In this document: in pieces, positions 11,538-24,519 of the stretch
Layout: every line of letters starts with the position of its first letter
How positions within the stretch are numbered: position 1 is the first letter of the stretch
Assembly: GCA_002104905.1 (NCBI GenBank)
Contig: MCFE01000076.1
Coordinates: 62,001-126,000 of the forward strand
Direction of reading: 5' to 3'
Origin: Basidiobolus meristosporus CBS 931.73
Taxonomy: Eukaryota; Fungi; Basidiobolomycota
Length of the DNA: 64,000 nt
Position numbers and translations under genes: made by a program
Notes under the pieces: generated by a model
Database searches by the model: none
Seen by the model: only the letters and a program-made list of their open reading frames with translations
What the model was told of the DNA's origin: nothing

Positions 11538-14452
11538 AGACTTGTTCTGTTGGATAGTGCCCCATAGTGCCAGCCTGTTTATAGTGCTGTATTGATCTGG
11601 CACTCTATGGCACTATCTGGCACAATAGTTTCTACCATAATGCCAGTGGTAGGATACTGTTACTGGTATTGTTACTCATTCTTATTGATGTTGCTCAGAA
11701 TAGTGCTATCTTTACTTTATTTACTCTTCATAATGTTCCAGACGCATATCACTCAGTGGATGTCCTCCTGTATGAATGTACTTTGCATAGATAAGTATCT
11801 TACTATTTTACCTATTCTGCTGTTTTCTCCTATATATGATTTTCCTCTGTATTTACCTGCCAATATACTGAATCTCTTCAGATATTGAAATGTATGCTCC
11901 ACACTCACTCTGAAATGATTAAATATCTCATTGTAGAGCTTCTGCTTCATGTTAAGCACACCATTCCTTGGCTTCCTACATGCTCTATTACATCCTAATC
12001 TCTGACAATCCTCTCCTATATAAGCCAAGTCTGCCATACATTTTCCCCTCCACTGAGTTCTGGATGATTCTCTACCCAGAGTGCTTTGTCATGCCTACTT
12101 CTAGAAAATGGACTCTAAACCAGATGATGTTACTATTAATGTCAGACAGTGCTTGAAACTTCACATGGTGTGCCTTGTACCTGCCAGACTAAAAGTTCCT
12201 CTGCCTTCTAGAAGGTCTGTTAATCCTGACTGGGAAGGTATCCAAAATACTCATTATATAGAACCTGTTGCTCAACACTCTGGGATTTGCAAGTCTATTG
12301 GTGCTTCTGGCATCAACTTGGTCTTATATCAAAAATATGTGAAGGCTAATGTGATTGCTGAATTTATCATATATTATGCACAATACATCTTGGATTATAT
12401 TGACATGGATTGGATCACATCAATTGCAGATTTCCTATGTGGCTATAGACTTGTGCCTAAAGCATCAAGAAAAATACCAAGTCATTGTTTGAGGATAATT
12501 TTTGCAACATAATGATATAATTAATGGCAATTGATTGAGATTTAGTTGTAAAGCATGGAAAATCAGATAAATAAGGCTGATTACACTAATTCAATTTGAT
12601 TCACCTCAATCTAATCACCTACCAATATTAATATGACTTACTCATCTGATTGGTCATTGCTCCTCCATCCCATCATTACCACTGCATCTCCTTTTGACAC
12701 ACTAGAGGAGATCTATACCAGGTACTGTGAACAATCTACCCCAATCTACTCAAGGAGATCACTTGTTAAGCTTCTTTGCTATTACAAGAGCTATTGCCCT
12801 ACAAGGCTTCATCCCACCATCCCTGTCAACAAAAGTCCTAGAAGCTCTCATTCCTGGCTAACAGCAATGGAGAGCCACCTTGCAGAGCACGTGAATGACT
12901 TAAAGCAAGCTTAGAATACTAGGCCAATACACTACTGCGTAAGCATACAAATTAGTCACTATAGTCACTGTACCAAGTCTCAATTCATCTTTAGTACAAC
13001 CCAGACAAGACCCTTCCTCCAGCGCACAAGCATGGCCTGGACCAGAAAAGGCAACATTGGATCCATTCAAATTCTTGCCAAATAATTTTAGTATGGCCCA
13101 AGTGTCTATGATGAGCCTTCATACTGATATTAGGGCATTTCTTATTAATCTAGCAGAACTTGATACCTCAGAGAGTTGACAGAGATGGAAGAACTTGAAT
13201 AGGAAGCTGAGGCATGAGCTCTACATCAAGATGCCAGTGGATGTATGTAAGAACTTATATAATAAAACAAGTATGGAAACTGGGAATGAGCTGAGAGTGG
13301 GGGGATTTGATGAGGAAGCCACATGTGAACAATTTTGAGCACAATTTAACCTGAATGGGCCATACACATCTGTTTGCACCTCAACTTTGGGAACCAAAGA
13401 GATTTTGAATGAGTTTTTGTGTCAAATGAATAATGTACCACACAGTATATTAGTAAAGATAAGTGGCTTTCAGGAGCAATATACACATGACTTATCCAGG
13501 CAACAGTTCCAAAGTATTAGACAGAGAGTAAGTGCAGCCAAGCTGCAGCATTGTACTGCTCAAGTAGAAGGCAGAATACTGACCATGAATACAGAAGTAG
13601 CCAATATGATAGTCAACAAGGTAGTAGTTTAGGTGTGCAAAGTGAATCATTACCAAATGCTTCAGTAGTAATCCCTCTGAGAAAAAAACTTAGGAGAAGA
13701 TGATGTGAACTCATTGAATTGCTATTATTAATTGTGATCCAAATAATGCACTTTTCTTTGCAATCAAAATCAAGCCATTGAAAATCAGTGATCACTAAGC
13801 TTTTGATAAAAGAAATATCAAGGTTGTCTCACATTTTAGACCAAACAACCATAAATTAGCACCCTGCATATATATATCATTTGTAGCACCAGAGCAGCCA
13901 TTTGATCTGTTTTGCACTTATCCAATTGGCGTCGTGTTAGCTATGACACTCTGTCCAATCACTACAATAAGGGATTTACTGGATCAATGGGTAAAATGGC
14001 ATAATTGATGGCAAATCAGGTAGCTGGTGTATTGAATATATATTAAGGAGCCAATCGAGGGCTGAAAGCTTTAGGATATATTTGGACCAATTAACCACTG
14101 AGATACCATCCAGTTGGAGTAATGATGACCAAAATGGTAAGTAATAGTGTAGTGTATAGTGTGATATGCATTTATTTCCATTTATATCAAAGAAACAATT
14201 TGAAATACCAGATTTTACCTATAATCATAGCAGTATCCAATTGTGCACATGATGCAAACATTAGAAGTAGGTGCAATCATCCGTGCCAACCTCACTGTAT
14301 CAGATTGTGCCATAGTCTGCAAGATAATCCCACATGGTGCAAAATTTTCAAAGAGCAATCATGCCTACTGGTAGCTACAATATTGCACCTGATTATTCTT
14401 TGAGACCATGAATTGTGCTCCATGCCCTGGCATGGTTCAATGGAACAAGTCT
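11538..14452. mobile_element. Element D copy 3 (PHIS-like DNA transposon) with an internal inversion and deletion
   Basis: AGACTTGTTC...GAACAAGTCT termini. Transposase C-half on minus (about 11700-12309), N-half on plus (12633-12920). Confidence 0.85.
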
Positions 14453-14459
14453 AATTAAA

Positions 14460-16600
14460 TCATGGTGATCAAGTTGTTGTATACAGGTTGCTAAGAGGTC
14501 TTTGGTTTGCATATTAGATGTCTATTTTAATGAGTTATATGTGGTAGTGCCTTATGAAAATTATTATAATGATATTGTCAAAAGGCCGTCACAAAGTCAA
14601 AGTCCCATGACTAAGAGGTACTGATCCTGTCACGACACCCTCCAGAAACTGTTAAAAAATAAAATAACCCAGATTTCCAAAAACCTTGTCAAAATTTTCA
14701 TCACAAAAATGTATAAGTGGCTTTTCATTGATTACCTGCCAATTTGCTCACTTGCCGATCCCAGACACTCTATCACCTCCTACATTTGTGTGGATTGATT
14801 GGCTATTGCCTCTTGTTCACACTCCTTACTTCCTGACACCATTTTTTCTCTTACATACCATGTGTACATTTTCTTGAGCATTGCTTTTGAAGAAGTGCTG
14901 CAACCTCTTGGTGTGCCTATTGATATTCCAAAATCCACTGAATGCATTGTGATAGTCTTTCAAGCTCTTGACATTAGAGCCTTGTCTGTCAGTGGGATCT
15001 CCACTCTGTCAACAATGGAGGATGTGGAAGCTGTGGTAGACAAAATGCCTTTGTCTGCAAACTCATCTACCTTGCTGGAGTGTAGCTCAACTGGCAGCAC
15101 TTCCAGTTCTTGTGAAAAGTACTGCTTTCTTGTTGGTAATTCTTTGTGGCTATGATGGGATTCAGTCTGTTCCAGGCTTGCAGCATTAACTGGCAAGAAC
15201 TGCAGTTTTTCTTGCATGCCTCCCTGTCTTGGGCTTGGGTAGAAATTCTTCCCTTTACCTTTTCCTTTATCATTACCAGGTCCTTCACTGCTACTTTGTC
15301 TGAGCACTTTTTGTAATGGACTATCCTTTCTCCTAAATAAATTCCTCTCTGATGCATCTATTTTAGCCTGCAAGTTTGTTGCTGGCACTTGCCTGGCAAC
15401 CTGATGTCTCTTCTCCACTTGTTTTGAGCTCTCAGCCATTTCTTTTGTGCTTCTTTTGTGCTCTCAACCATAGTTGCAACAGGCTCCTGTAAAAGCCACT
15501 GGATTTATCACAGCCAGGTCCTTTACTGCTACTGTGACTGAGTGCTTCTTGAGTGGTACTACGCTTTTTACTTGATAAATGTTGTACTGGTGCATCTGTG
15601 TTTGCCTGCATGTCCCTAATTGGCACTCTTCCAGCTACGTGACATCTCTTTGGCACTTGTCTTTGAGCTTTTGGCCCTGCTTGTAATGGGCTCTTAAGGA
15701 AGCCACTGGCCTTCAGTCATGGCACCCTTGTTCTTCTGCCTTTGATAGTTTCTGCTACTTTTAAGGTACTTTCTCAGCATACCAATGATGGCCCAAAATC
15801 TGTTTGCCTGTTTGAATCCAGGATAATGCTCATGGAACAAGTCTTCTGCATTCTGCTTGGCCTTGAGTCCCTCATGGTCTCATAGTATGCTGGCCCTGAG
15901 GTGATGGCATGCTAAACTTCTGATGGCCTCATAAATATTAGCCCATTCTTCATTATTGCTCTCAACAGCTTTGCAGATTTTCAATGTCTTTGAATATTTA
16001 GGCTTTAGCATAGACACCACACTGGCTTGCTCCTATGCTATGATAGGTTTTTCTGTAAGCTTTATCTTTGGGCACTGCTGTGGTGCTTCAAAGACTGTAT
16101 GGTGTTCCTCTGCTGTTACATTGGGAAATGGCTCAATTCTTGGCTGTGACATTGAGCTACTTGAGTTCCTTCTTTGCAGCAAAGATACTGTTGCAATTTA
16201 AGAAGTGATTTGGATATAAGGAACTTATCAAGAAATAGTGATAATAGTTGAACTGTTGTTTATTCATAAAGAAGCTCAGTACTTATACCTTTGTAGAAGT
16301 AATACAGCTGCAACACTAAGTAGGGAGGGTTTCTCAATATTCAGGAGCATTCTGTAACAGTTTCAGGGTTAGTACATAATGTTTGGTAATAGTGCTAATT
16401 TGATCCTGACTATAAGGGAATAATCATAAGATCATATATCTGGAGAAAGTGGCGAAGTTAAGGCAGTAAATGAGTCCTACAGTGACTAAGACTAGCCTAG
16501 AATTGTTAAGTAAATTTTTAGCTGCTGAATGATACCAAATAGTCCAATATTTCAACAGATACCCCTTTCTCTACCAGTGATATTGATTGCTCAACACATA
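14460..16600 (-). mobile_element. Element A copy 3 (3' part), interrupted by solo LTR E
   Basis: ORF 14960-15439 matches 4240-4660; sequence resumes after the LTR and stops at the D1 terminus. Confidence 0.85.
16189..16557 (-). repeat. Solo LTR, family E
   Basis: TGTTG...CAACA with a perfect 5-bp TSD GATAC. Confidence 0.92.
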
Positions 16601-17342
16601 AAACTTGTTCCATTTTACTGTGCCAGGGTGTGTGGTGCAATCCAAAGTATTTAAGAACAATTAGGCGCAATATTATAGCTACTAGTAGGCAGGATTGCTC
16701 TTGGACAATCTTGCACCATGTGGGACAATCTCACACACTATGGCACAATCTGACACAATGAGGTTGGCACAAATGATTGCACCCACTTGAAATGTTTGCA
16801 TCATGTGCGCAATTAGACACCACTATTATGGTAGGTAAAATCCAGTATTTGGATATGTTTCTTTAATGTAAATGGAAATAAATGAGTATCACACTATAAA
16901 ATACACTGATATGTACCATTCTGGTTATCAGCACTCCAATTTGCTGGTATCTCAGTGGTTAAGTGGTCTTAAAGTATCCTGAAGCTTTCCACCCCCAATT
17001 GGCTCTTTGACAAATACACAAGCTACCTGATTTGCCATCAAACATACCATTTCGCCCATTAAGCAAGTAAATCCCTGATCCTAGTAATTAAACAAGGTGT
17101 TAAAGCTAGCACGCAACCAATTATATGAGTGAAAACCAGATCAAATGGCTGCACTGGTGCCACATATGATGAATACATATGCAGGGTGTTTATCTTTAAG
17201 GGTCCTGCCTCAAACGTGAGACAATCTTGATATTGATTATATCAAAATTTAGTAATCACTGATTTGCAATGGCTCAATGCAGATCACAAAAAAAATGTGT
17301 TGTTTGAATCATTACAAATAATAGCAATTCAATGCAATTGCA

Positions 17343-18990
17343 TTATCTTTTCCTAGGCTTTTTTCTCACAGGAATTACCACAGAGGCATTTGGTAGTGAT
17401 ACACTTTGCACACTCAAACTACTCTCTTGTTGACTATACTCTGGGCTACTTGTGTATTTGTAGTAGGTATTTTGCCTCCTAGTTGATGAGTGCAGCTTGG
17501 CAGCTCCAAATTGCCCTGGATGATACAACTGAGCCAGCCTGCAGTGCTATGCTCTGACACATTCTCTTACTTGCCAAAGGCTCTAGTGGTTGAGGGACTT
17601 CATGTGGGTCATCATCAGTCAGTTCATCAGAAGAAACTTGCTGATGGCCATGTGTAATGGCATGCGCAGACATGACTTGATGCACTGGCATGGCCCTTTG
17701 CTGAGTTTAATGTGATGCCACTTGTTGATGCAACTCAGCCCACTCCAATGGACTTGTGTCTTTTTGAGCAGTTTGGGGGGTTCTGGTGGTTTTGCTCTGA
17801 GGCATGCACATTGACCCAATACACATTGAGTCAATGCAAGGCGCTCTTGTGTAGGGTGTTGGTATAGTTTGGACTGATGTGCACCAACATGCTGAAGTTG
17901 CAAGGGATGGTCAGGAATCCAGTAAAGCATGCTGGTGCAATCTAGATGATGTTACTTGCGGTCTGTATTCTTCCTCTTGAAGCTCACCTTCTGATTCCTC
18001 ATGGTATTCACTTACCCTCTGTCTAATACTTTGCAACTGTTGCCTGGATGAGTCCTGTGTATATTGCCCCTGGAAGCCACTTAGCTCTACTAATATATCA
18101 CGTAAAACATGTTGAAATATTGGACTATTTAGTATCATTCTGCAGCTAAAAATTTACTTAGCAATTCTGGACTAGTCTTACTCACTGTGGGACCAATTTA
18201 CAGTTCTAACTTCTCTACATTCTTCAGTTCAATGATCTTATGATTATTCCCCTATAGTCAGGCTCAAATTGGTACTAATACTAACTATTATGTACTAACC
18301 CGGAAACTGTTACAGAGTGCTCCTGAATATTGAGAAACCCTCCTTACTTAGTGTTACAGCTGTATTACTTCTACAAAGGTATAAATACTGAGCTTCTTTG
18401 TTAATAAACAACAGTTCAACTATTATCACTATTTCTAGATAAGTTCATTATATCCAATTCACTTCTTAAATTGCAACAATACATTAGTCATTTGAGGCAA
18501 AAACTCATTCAAAATCTCTTTAGTGCCCAAAGTTGCGGCACAAATAGACACATCCGGCCCATACTGGGCAAATTGCACGCAAAATTGTTCCTGTGCAGCT
18601 TCCCAATCAAATCTCCTCACACTCAGCTCATTCTTGAGTTCAATGCATGTCTTCTTATATATCCTCTTACATACATCCGCTGGCATCTTGATGTAGAACT
18701 CATGCCACAGCTTTCCACTCAGGTTCTGCCATCTCTGTCAACTCTCAGAGGTATCTAGATCTGCTAGATTAATGAGTAGTGCCAAATATCTGTATAAAGG
18801 CTCATCATAGACACTTGGGCCATACTGAAATAATTTGGCAAGAACTCAAACAGATCCAACATCACCTTTTCCGGTCCGGTCCATGCTTGTGAGCTAGGGA
18901 ATGGGTGTGTCAGGGTTGAACTAAAGATGAGCTGAGACTTGGTATAGGGACCATAGTGACAGATTTGGATACTTATACAGTGGTGTATTG
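17343..18990 (-). pseudogene. Element D ORF2 (unknown protein), split by LTR E; 5' limit approximate
   Basis: Frame LFQYGPSVYDEPLYRYLALLINLADLDTSES*QRWQNLSGKLWHEFYIKMPADVCK... to ...VIPVRKKPRKR*, conserved in D2 and D3; stops lie at former CGA/CAG codons. Confidence 0.65.
18110..18478 (+). repeat. Solo LTR, family E
   Basis: TGTTG...CAACA with TSD AAACA/ATACA (1 mismatch). Confidence 0.88.
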
Positions 18991-19310
18991 GCATCAACCT
19001 GGTCTTATATGAAGTATATATGAAAACTAATGTGATTGTTGAGTTTCCCTATATTGTGCATGATGCATCTTGGGTTGCATTGACATGGATTATATCACAT
19101 CATTTGCAGATTTCCTATATGACTATAGACTTGTGAGTAAAACATTAATAAAATACCCAGTATTTGTTTGAGGATGATTTTTGCAACAAAATGATGGGAT
19201 ATATGGCAATTGATGAAGATTTAATCATAATGCACGGAAAATCATATAAATAAAGATGATTGCGCCAAATCAAATAAAATTATCTCAGCCCAATCCTTAC
19301 CAATCTTAAT

Positions 19311-20192
19311 ATGACTTACTCATCTGAATGATCTTTTCTCATCAATCCCATCAATACCGCTGGATTTCCTTTTGACACATCAGAGGAGATATATACTAAG
19401 TACTGTGGACAATAAACCCCAATCTACTCAAGGATATCACTTGTTAAGCTTCTCTGCTATTACAACAACTATTGCCCTACAAGGTTTCATCCCACCATCC
19501 ATGTCAACAAAGGTCCTAAAAGCTTTCATTCCCAGCTAACAGCAATGGATAACCACCTTGCAGAGGGTATGAATGACTTAGAGCAAGCTTGGAGTACCAG
19601 GCTCAGAAGCTCCAATAGACCTCCATATCCCAGAGTGTTCAGCCACAGGTTCCATACAAGAAGTATTTTGGATACCTTCCCAGTCAGGATTAACAGACCT
19701 TCTAGAGGGTTGAGCCACTTTTATCCTGGCAAGTACAAGGCACACTGTGTGAAGTTTCAAGCACTGTCTGACATTGAGGGTAACATCATCTGGTTTAGTG
19801 GGTCATTTTCTGGATGTAGGCATGACAAAGCGCTCTGGGTAGAGAATCATCCAGAACACAGTAGAGGGGAGAAATGTATAGCAGACCTAGCTTATATAGG
19901 AGAGGATTGTCAAAGATTAGGATGTAGTAGAGTGCATAGGAAGCCAAGGAATGGTGTGCTTAGCAGGAAACAGAAGCTCTACAGTGAGATACTTGATCAT
20001 TTCAGAGTGAGGGTAGAGCATTCATTTGGATATCTGAAGAGATTCAGCATATTGGTAGGTAAATACAGAGGAAAGTGACTTATAGGAGAAAACAGCAGAA
20101 TAGGCAAAATAATTAAGATACCTATCAATGCACAGTATATTCATGCAAGATGACATCTACTGAGAGAAATGTGTCTGGAGCATTATGAATAG
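19311..20192 (+). pseudogene. DDE_Tnp_4 (ISL2/IS5/Harbinger-like) transposase, ~293 codons, four in-frame stops, no frameshift
   Basis: ILDTFPVRINRP, YPGKYKAHCVKFQAL, FSGCRHD, IADLAYIG, HRKPRNGVLS, RVRVEHSFGYLKRFSIL give a D-D-E pattern typical of DDE_Tnp_4. Stops at 19329, about 19392, 20076 and 20151 are sense codons in sister copies or CGA-derived. Confidence 0.9.
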
Positions 20193-20368
20193 TAAGCAAA
20201 GCAAGGAAAGCACTACACTGAGCAACATAAGTAAGATTGAGTTAAATTATCAGTAATTATATCCTACAACAAGCATGATGGTAGAAATTATGGAGCCAGA
20301 TAGTGCCCAATTGATCCGGCGTTATACATAGTCTGGCACTATGTGGCACTATACAACAGAACAAATCT

Positions 20369-21320
20369 ACTGAATCAATTTACAATACTTGTTGGACTGC
20401 ATTATCTTCCTCAGACAGGGTATTATTGGAATATATCTGGAGTGTGAACAATGTTTTCCCTCAATGGTGGTGAATTCCTGACAAATTGGACACATTAAAA
20501 TGGTAGCATTTTTAGATCTGAATTCCATTCAACTGCTGACACATGCTGGAATTGGGACAGTCTCTGCATCATATGTTACCAGCCACATGATGGGTGTCCA
20601 CTTGTGTCATGTACATGGCAAGTTGCATCCTGGAATGATTTTGGCAAGAAGTAGTAATAAATCCTCAAAGCCCCCATTACTGGTATTAGTCAAAACACGC
20701 CACTTCTCCTAGCCATAACATTACATTATTCACCAGTAGATGTATTACTAGGCTCATTTGGCTCCATAAAGTATCCATGGCATTTGTTTCAATGGGTGTG
20801 TTCTAATTGCATATTGAGATTTGACCAGGCTAATAAATGGTACTGTTGTTAGGGGAGATAGGCTCACAAACCATCAATGAACCTTCTTTGTCAGAGCTAT
20901 CACTCTGCATGCCATACTCAGAAGGCTGAGGTGAGCCTAAAGGCGTTTTAACCTCACCTGACTCAGTTTGCTCAAGGTGACAAACATGGCCAGGTGCTAA
21001 TATATATGTATCATCTGGCCGGCAAGATAATATTATTACAGTTGTGACCAATCAATGGTCAAATACAACTTGTGTGGCAAAGCACTGGCTGTGATCCTTG
21101 TAATACTTCCTATGCTGTCTGTCTGCTTCAAGGCTGAGAGGCTTGCTACAATAGCCACATGGTCTTTTTTCTCTTCTCTTATGGCGTTAAGTCAAAGTAG
21201 TCTTGTCCATGGGGCAAACAGTTTGACCTTCAACCATGTAATGCTATTATATCACCTTTTGGTAAATACTGATGTGAATTTTAGACAGTCTTGTATTTGA
21301 GATATTGAACCTATGTGAAT
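20369..21320 (-). mobile_element. En/Spm (CACTA) transposase, N-terminal fragment
   Basis: 20420-20560 matches 2800-2960; minus-strand CPICQEF...RYIPIIPCL motif. Upstream limit uncertain. Confidence 0.7.
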
Positions 21321-21330
21321 GTAAGATTCA

Positions 21331-21876
21331 ATGATGACCTGCCATAATGGGCATTAAAAATAAAGTAGTGGCACCACATACACATGTTTATATAGCACTA
21401 TTTCCCCTTTAGTTTGACTCAATCCCATATATAGAACGCCAGAAAATAAAGCAAGTTGACTGGTTTTCAACTAAACCCCACTGCTGATAGCAACAGAAGA
21501 ATAGTTGGACAACAACTTGCTTTGACATTTGGTGCAACAAGCAGGGCTATATCTAAAAAAGGCCATATTTACAGCTTGCCTACTAAAGGTAATAAAACAG
21601 ACTCAGCAGGCTCTCAGTCTAGTAGGCAATTAAAAACCTCTGTGGAGCCACAAGATGACCATTGTGCTCAGGAAGATGAGAATGTAGCAAACACAGTACA
21701 CTCAGTTGAAGACCAGCAAGTGGCTGTCATAACATCACCTCCACCCATATTAACTGGTATGTTGTCAGCTCATACAAAAGCATTAATGAAGCAATTAGGT
21801 GCAGTGGGTGATAGGATAGATGCAATGGCCCAGAAAAATCAAGATATAGTCCAGAAACAGGCTGCGCAGAAACTAT
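21331..21876 (+). mobile_element. Element A, 5' part, cut by D2
   Basis: QQVAVITSPPPILTGML...MKQLGAVGDRIDAMAQKN matches 3285-3430. Confidence 0.85.
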
Positions 21877-22049
21877 AGACTTGTTCTGTTGGATAGTGCT
21901 ACATAGTGCCAGCCTATTTATAGTGCCAGATCAATCTGGCACAATCTGGCACCATTATTTCTACCATCATGCCAGTGGTAGGATATAATTACTAGTTATT
22001 TTACTCAATCTTACTTATGTTGCTCAGTGTAGTGCTTTCCTTGCTTTAC

Positions 22050-22932
22050 TTACTCTTCATAATGCTCCAGACACATTTCTCTCAGTGGATGTCATCTTGC
22101 ATGAATATACTGTGCATTGATAGGTATCTTAATTATTTTGCCTATTCTGCTGTTTTCTCCTATATATGACTTTCCTCTGTATTTACCTGCCAATATGCTA
22201 AAACTCTTCAGATATCCAAGTGTATGCTCTATTCTCACTCTGAAATGATTAAATATCTCATTGTAGAGCTTATGCTTCCTGCTATGCACATCATTCCTTT
22301 GCTTCCTATAAGCTGTTATATATCCTATATCCAGCAATCCACTCCTAAATAAGCAAAGTCTGCCATACTTTTCTCCCCTCTACTGAATTCTGGATGATTC
22401 TTTACCCAGAGAGCTTCGTCATGCCTACATCCAGAGAATGGCCCACTAAAGCAGATGATGTTACCCTCAATGTCAGACAGTGCTTGAAACTTCACACAGT
22501 GTGCCTTGTACTTGCCAGGATAAAAGTGGCTCAACCCTCTAGAAGGTCTGTTACTCCTGACTGGGAAGGTATCCAAAATACTCCTTATATGGAACCTGCG
22601 GCTGAACACTCTGGTATATGTAAGTCTATTGGAACTTCTGAATCTAGTACTCCAAGCTTGCTCTAAGTTATTCCTACTCTCTGCAAGGTGGTTCTTCATT
22701 GCTGTCAGCTGGAAATGAAAGCTTCTAGGACTTTTGTTGGCATGGATGGTGGGATGAAACCTTGTAGGGCAATAATTGTTGTAATAGCAGAAAAGCTTAA
22801 CAAGTGATCTCCTTGAGTAGATTGAGGTAGATGATCCATAGTACTTGGTACAGATCTCCTCTAGTGTGTAGAAAGAAAATCAAGTGATAGTGATGGGATT
22901 AATGAGAAAAGACCATCAGGTGAGTAAGTCAT
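22050..22932 (-). pseudogene. DDE_Tnp_4 transposase of D2 (one frameshift, stops)
   Basis: Same motifs as 19311-20192 (SILDTFPVRSNRP, GCRHD, ADFAYLG, RIEHTLGYLKSF). Confidence 0.9.
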
Positions 22933-23249
22933 ATTAAAATTGGTAAGGATTGGACTGAGATAATTTTATTTGATTTGCCGCAATCAGCTCTATATATCTG
23001 ATTTTCCATGCATTATGATTAAATCTTCATCAAATGCCATATATCCCATCATTTTGTTGCAAAAATCATCCTCAAACAATGACTGGGTATTTTTATTGAT
23101 GTTTTACTCACAAGTCTATAGTCAAACAGGAAATCTGCAATTGATGAGATATGATCCATGTCAATGAAATCCTAGATGCATAATGCGAAATATATGGAAA
23201 ATTCAGCAATCATATTAGTTTCCACATATATTTTATATAAGCCAGGTTA

Positions 23250-24519
23250 ATGCCAATACACCACTGTATAAGTATCCAAATCCATCACCATGGTCCCTAT
23301 ACCAAGTCTCAACTGATATTTAGTTCAACCCTGACACACCCATTCCCTAGCTCACAAGCATGGACCGGACCGGAAAAGGTGATGTTGGATCTGTTTGAGT
23401 TCTTGCCAAACTATTTCAGTATGGCCCAAGTGTCTATGATGAGCCTTCATACAGATATTTGGCACTACTCATTAATCTAGCAGATCTAGATACCTCAGAG
23501 AGTTGACAGAGATGGAAGAACCTGAGTGGAAAGCTGTGGCATGAGTTATACATCAAGATGCCAGTGGATGTATGTAAGAAGTTATATAACAAGAGAAGTA
23601 TTGACATCAAGAATGAGTTGAGAGTGAGGGCATTTGATGAGGAAGCCATGCAGGAACAATTTTGTGCACAATTTGCTCAGTACAGGCCAAACGTGTCTGT
23701 TTGTGTCTTAATTTGGGAACCAAAGAGATTTTGAATGAGTTTTTGCCTAAGATGATTAAGTATTATGCAATATATTAGTAGAGCTAAGTGGCTTCTAAGA
23801 GCAATATATACAGGACTCATTCATGCAAAAGTTCCAGGGTATCAGGCAGGGGGCAAGTGAATACCATGAAGATTCAGAAGATGAGCTTTGAGAGGAAGAA
23901 TAAAGACCATAAGCAATAGTGTCTATATTGCACCAGCAAGCCTTACTGGACTCCTTACCATTCCTGGCAACTTCAGCACTGGCACATGTCAGTCCACACT
24001 ATACCAACATTCCTCACAAGAGCACCTTGCGTTGAGTCAATGTGTGTTGACCAAACACACATGCTTCAGAGCATAACCACCAGAACTTGCCAAACTGCAC
24101 ATCTGGGCACAGGTCCATTGGAGTGGGCCAAGTTGTGTCAACAAGCAGCATCACATTGAACTTAGCCAAGGGCCATGCAAGTGCATCAAGTTGCGTCTGT
24201 GCGTGCCATTACACCTGACTATCTGCATGTTTCTTCTGGTGAATTGACTGATGATGACCTACATGAAGTGCCTCCACCACCAGAGCCTTTGGCAAGTAAA
24301 AGAACACGTCAGTGCATAGCACTGCAGGCTGGCTCAGTTGCACTTTCCAGAGCAACTCAGTGCGGCCAAGCTGCAGCATTGCACCAATCAACTAGGAGGC
24401 AAAACACTAACCACAAATACACTAGTAGCCAAGAGGATAGTCAACAAGAAAGTAGTTTAGGTGTGCAAAGTGAATCACTACCAAATGCTTCAGTAGTAAT
24501 TGCTGTGAGAAAAACCTAG
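23250..24519 (+). pseudogene. Element D ORF2 in D2; limits approximate
   Basis: Homologous to the D1 ORF2 frame, including QRWKNLSGKLWHE and the C-terminal SLPNASVVIAVRK. Confidence 0.65.

Larger units (their letters stand above)
16601..20368. mobile_element. Element D copy 1 (near full length, contains a solo LTR)
   Basis: Decayed TIRs AAACTTGTTC (16601) and GAACAAATCT (20368); colinear and inverted relative to 21877-25271. Confidence 0.9.
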
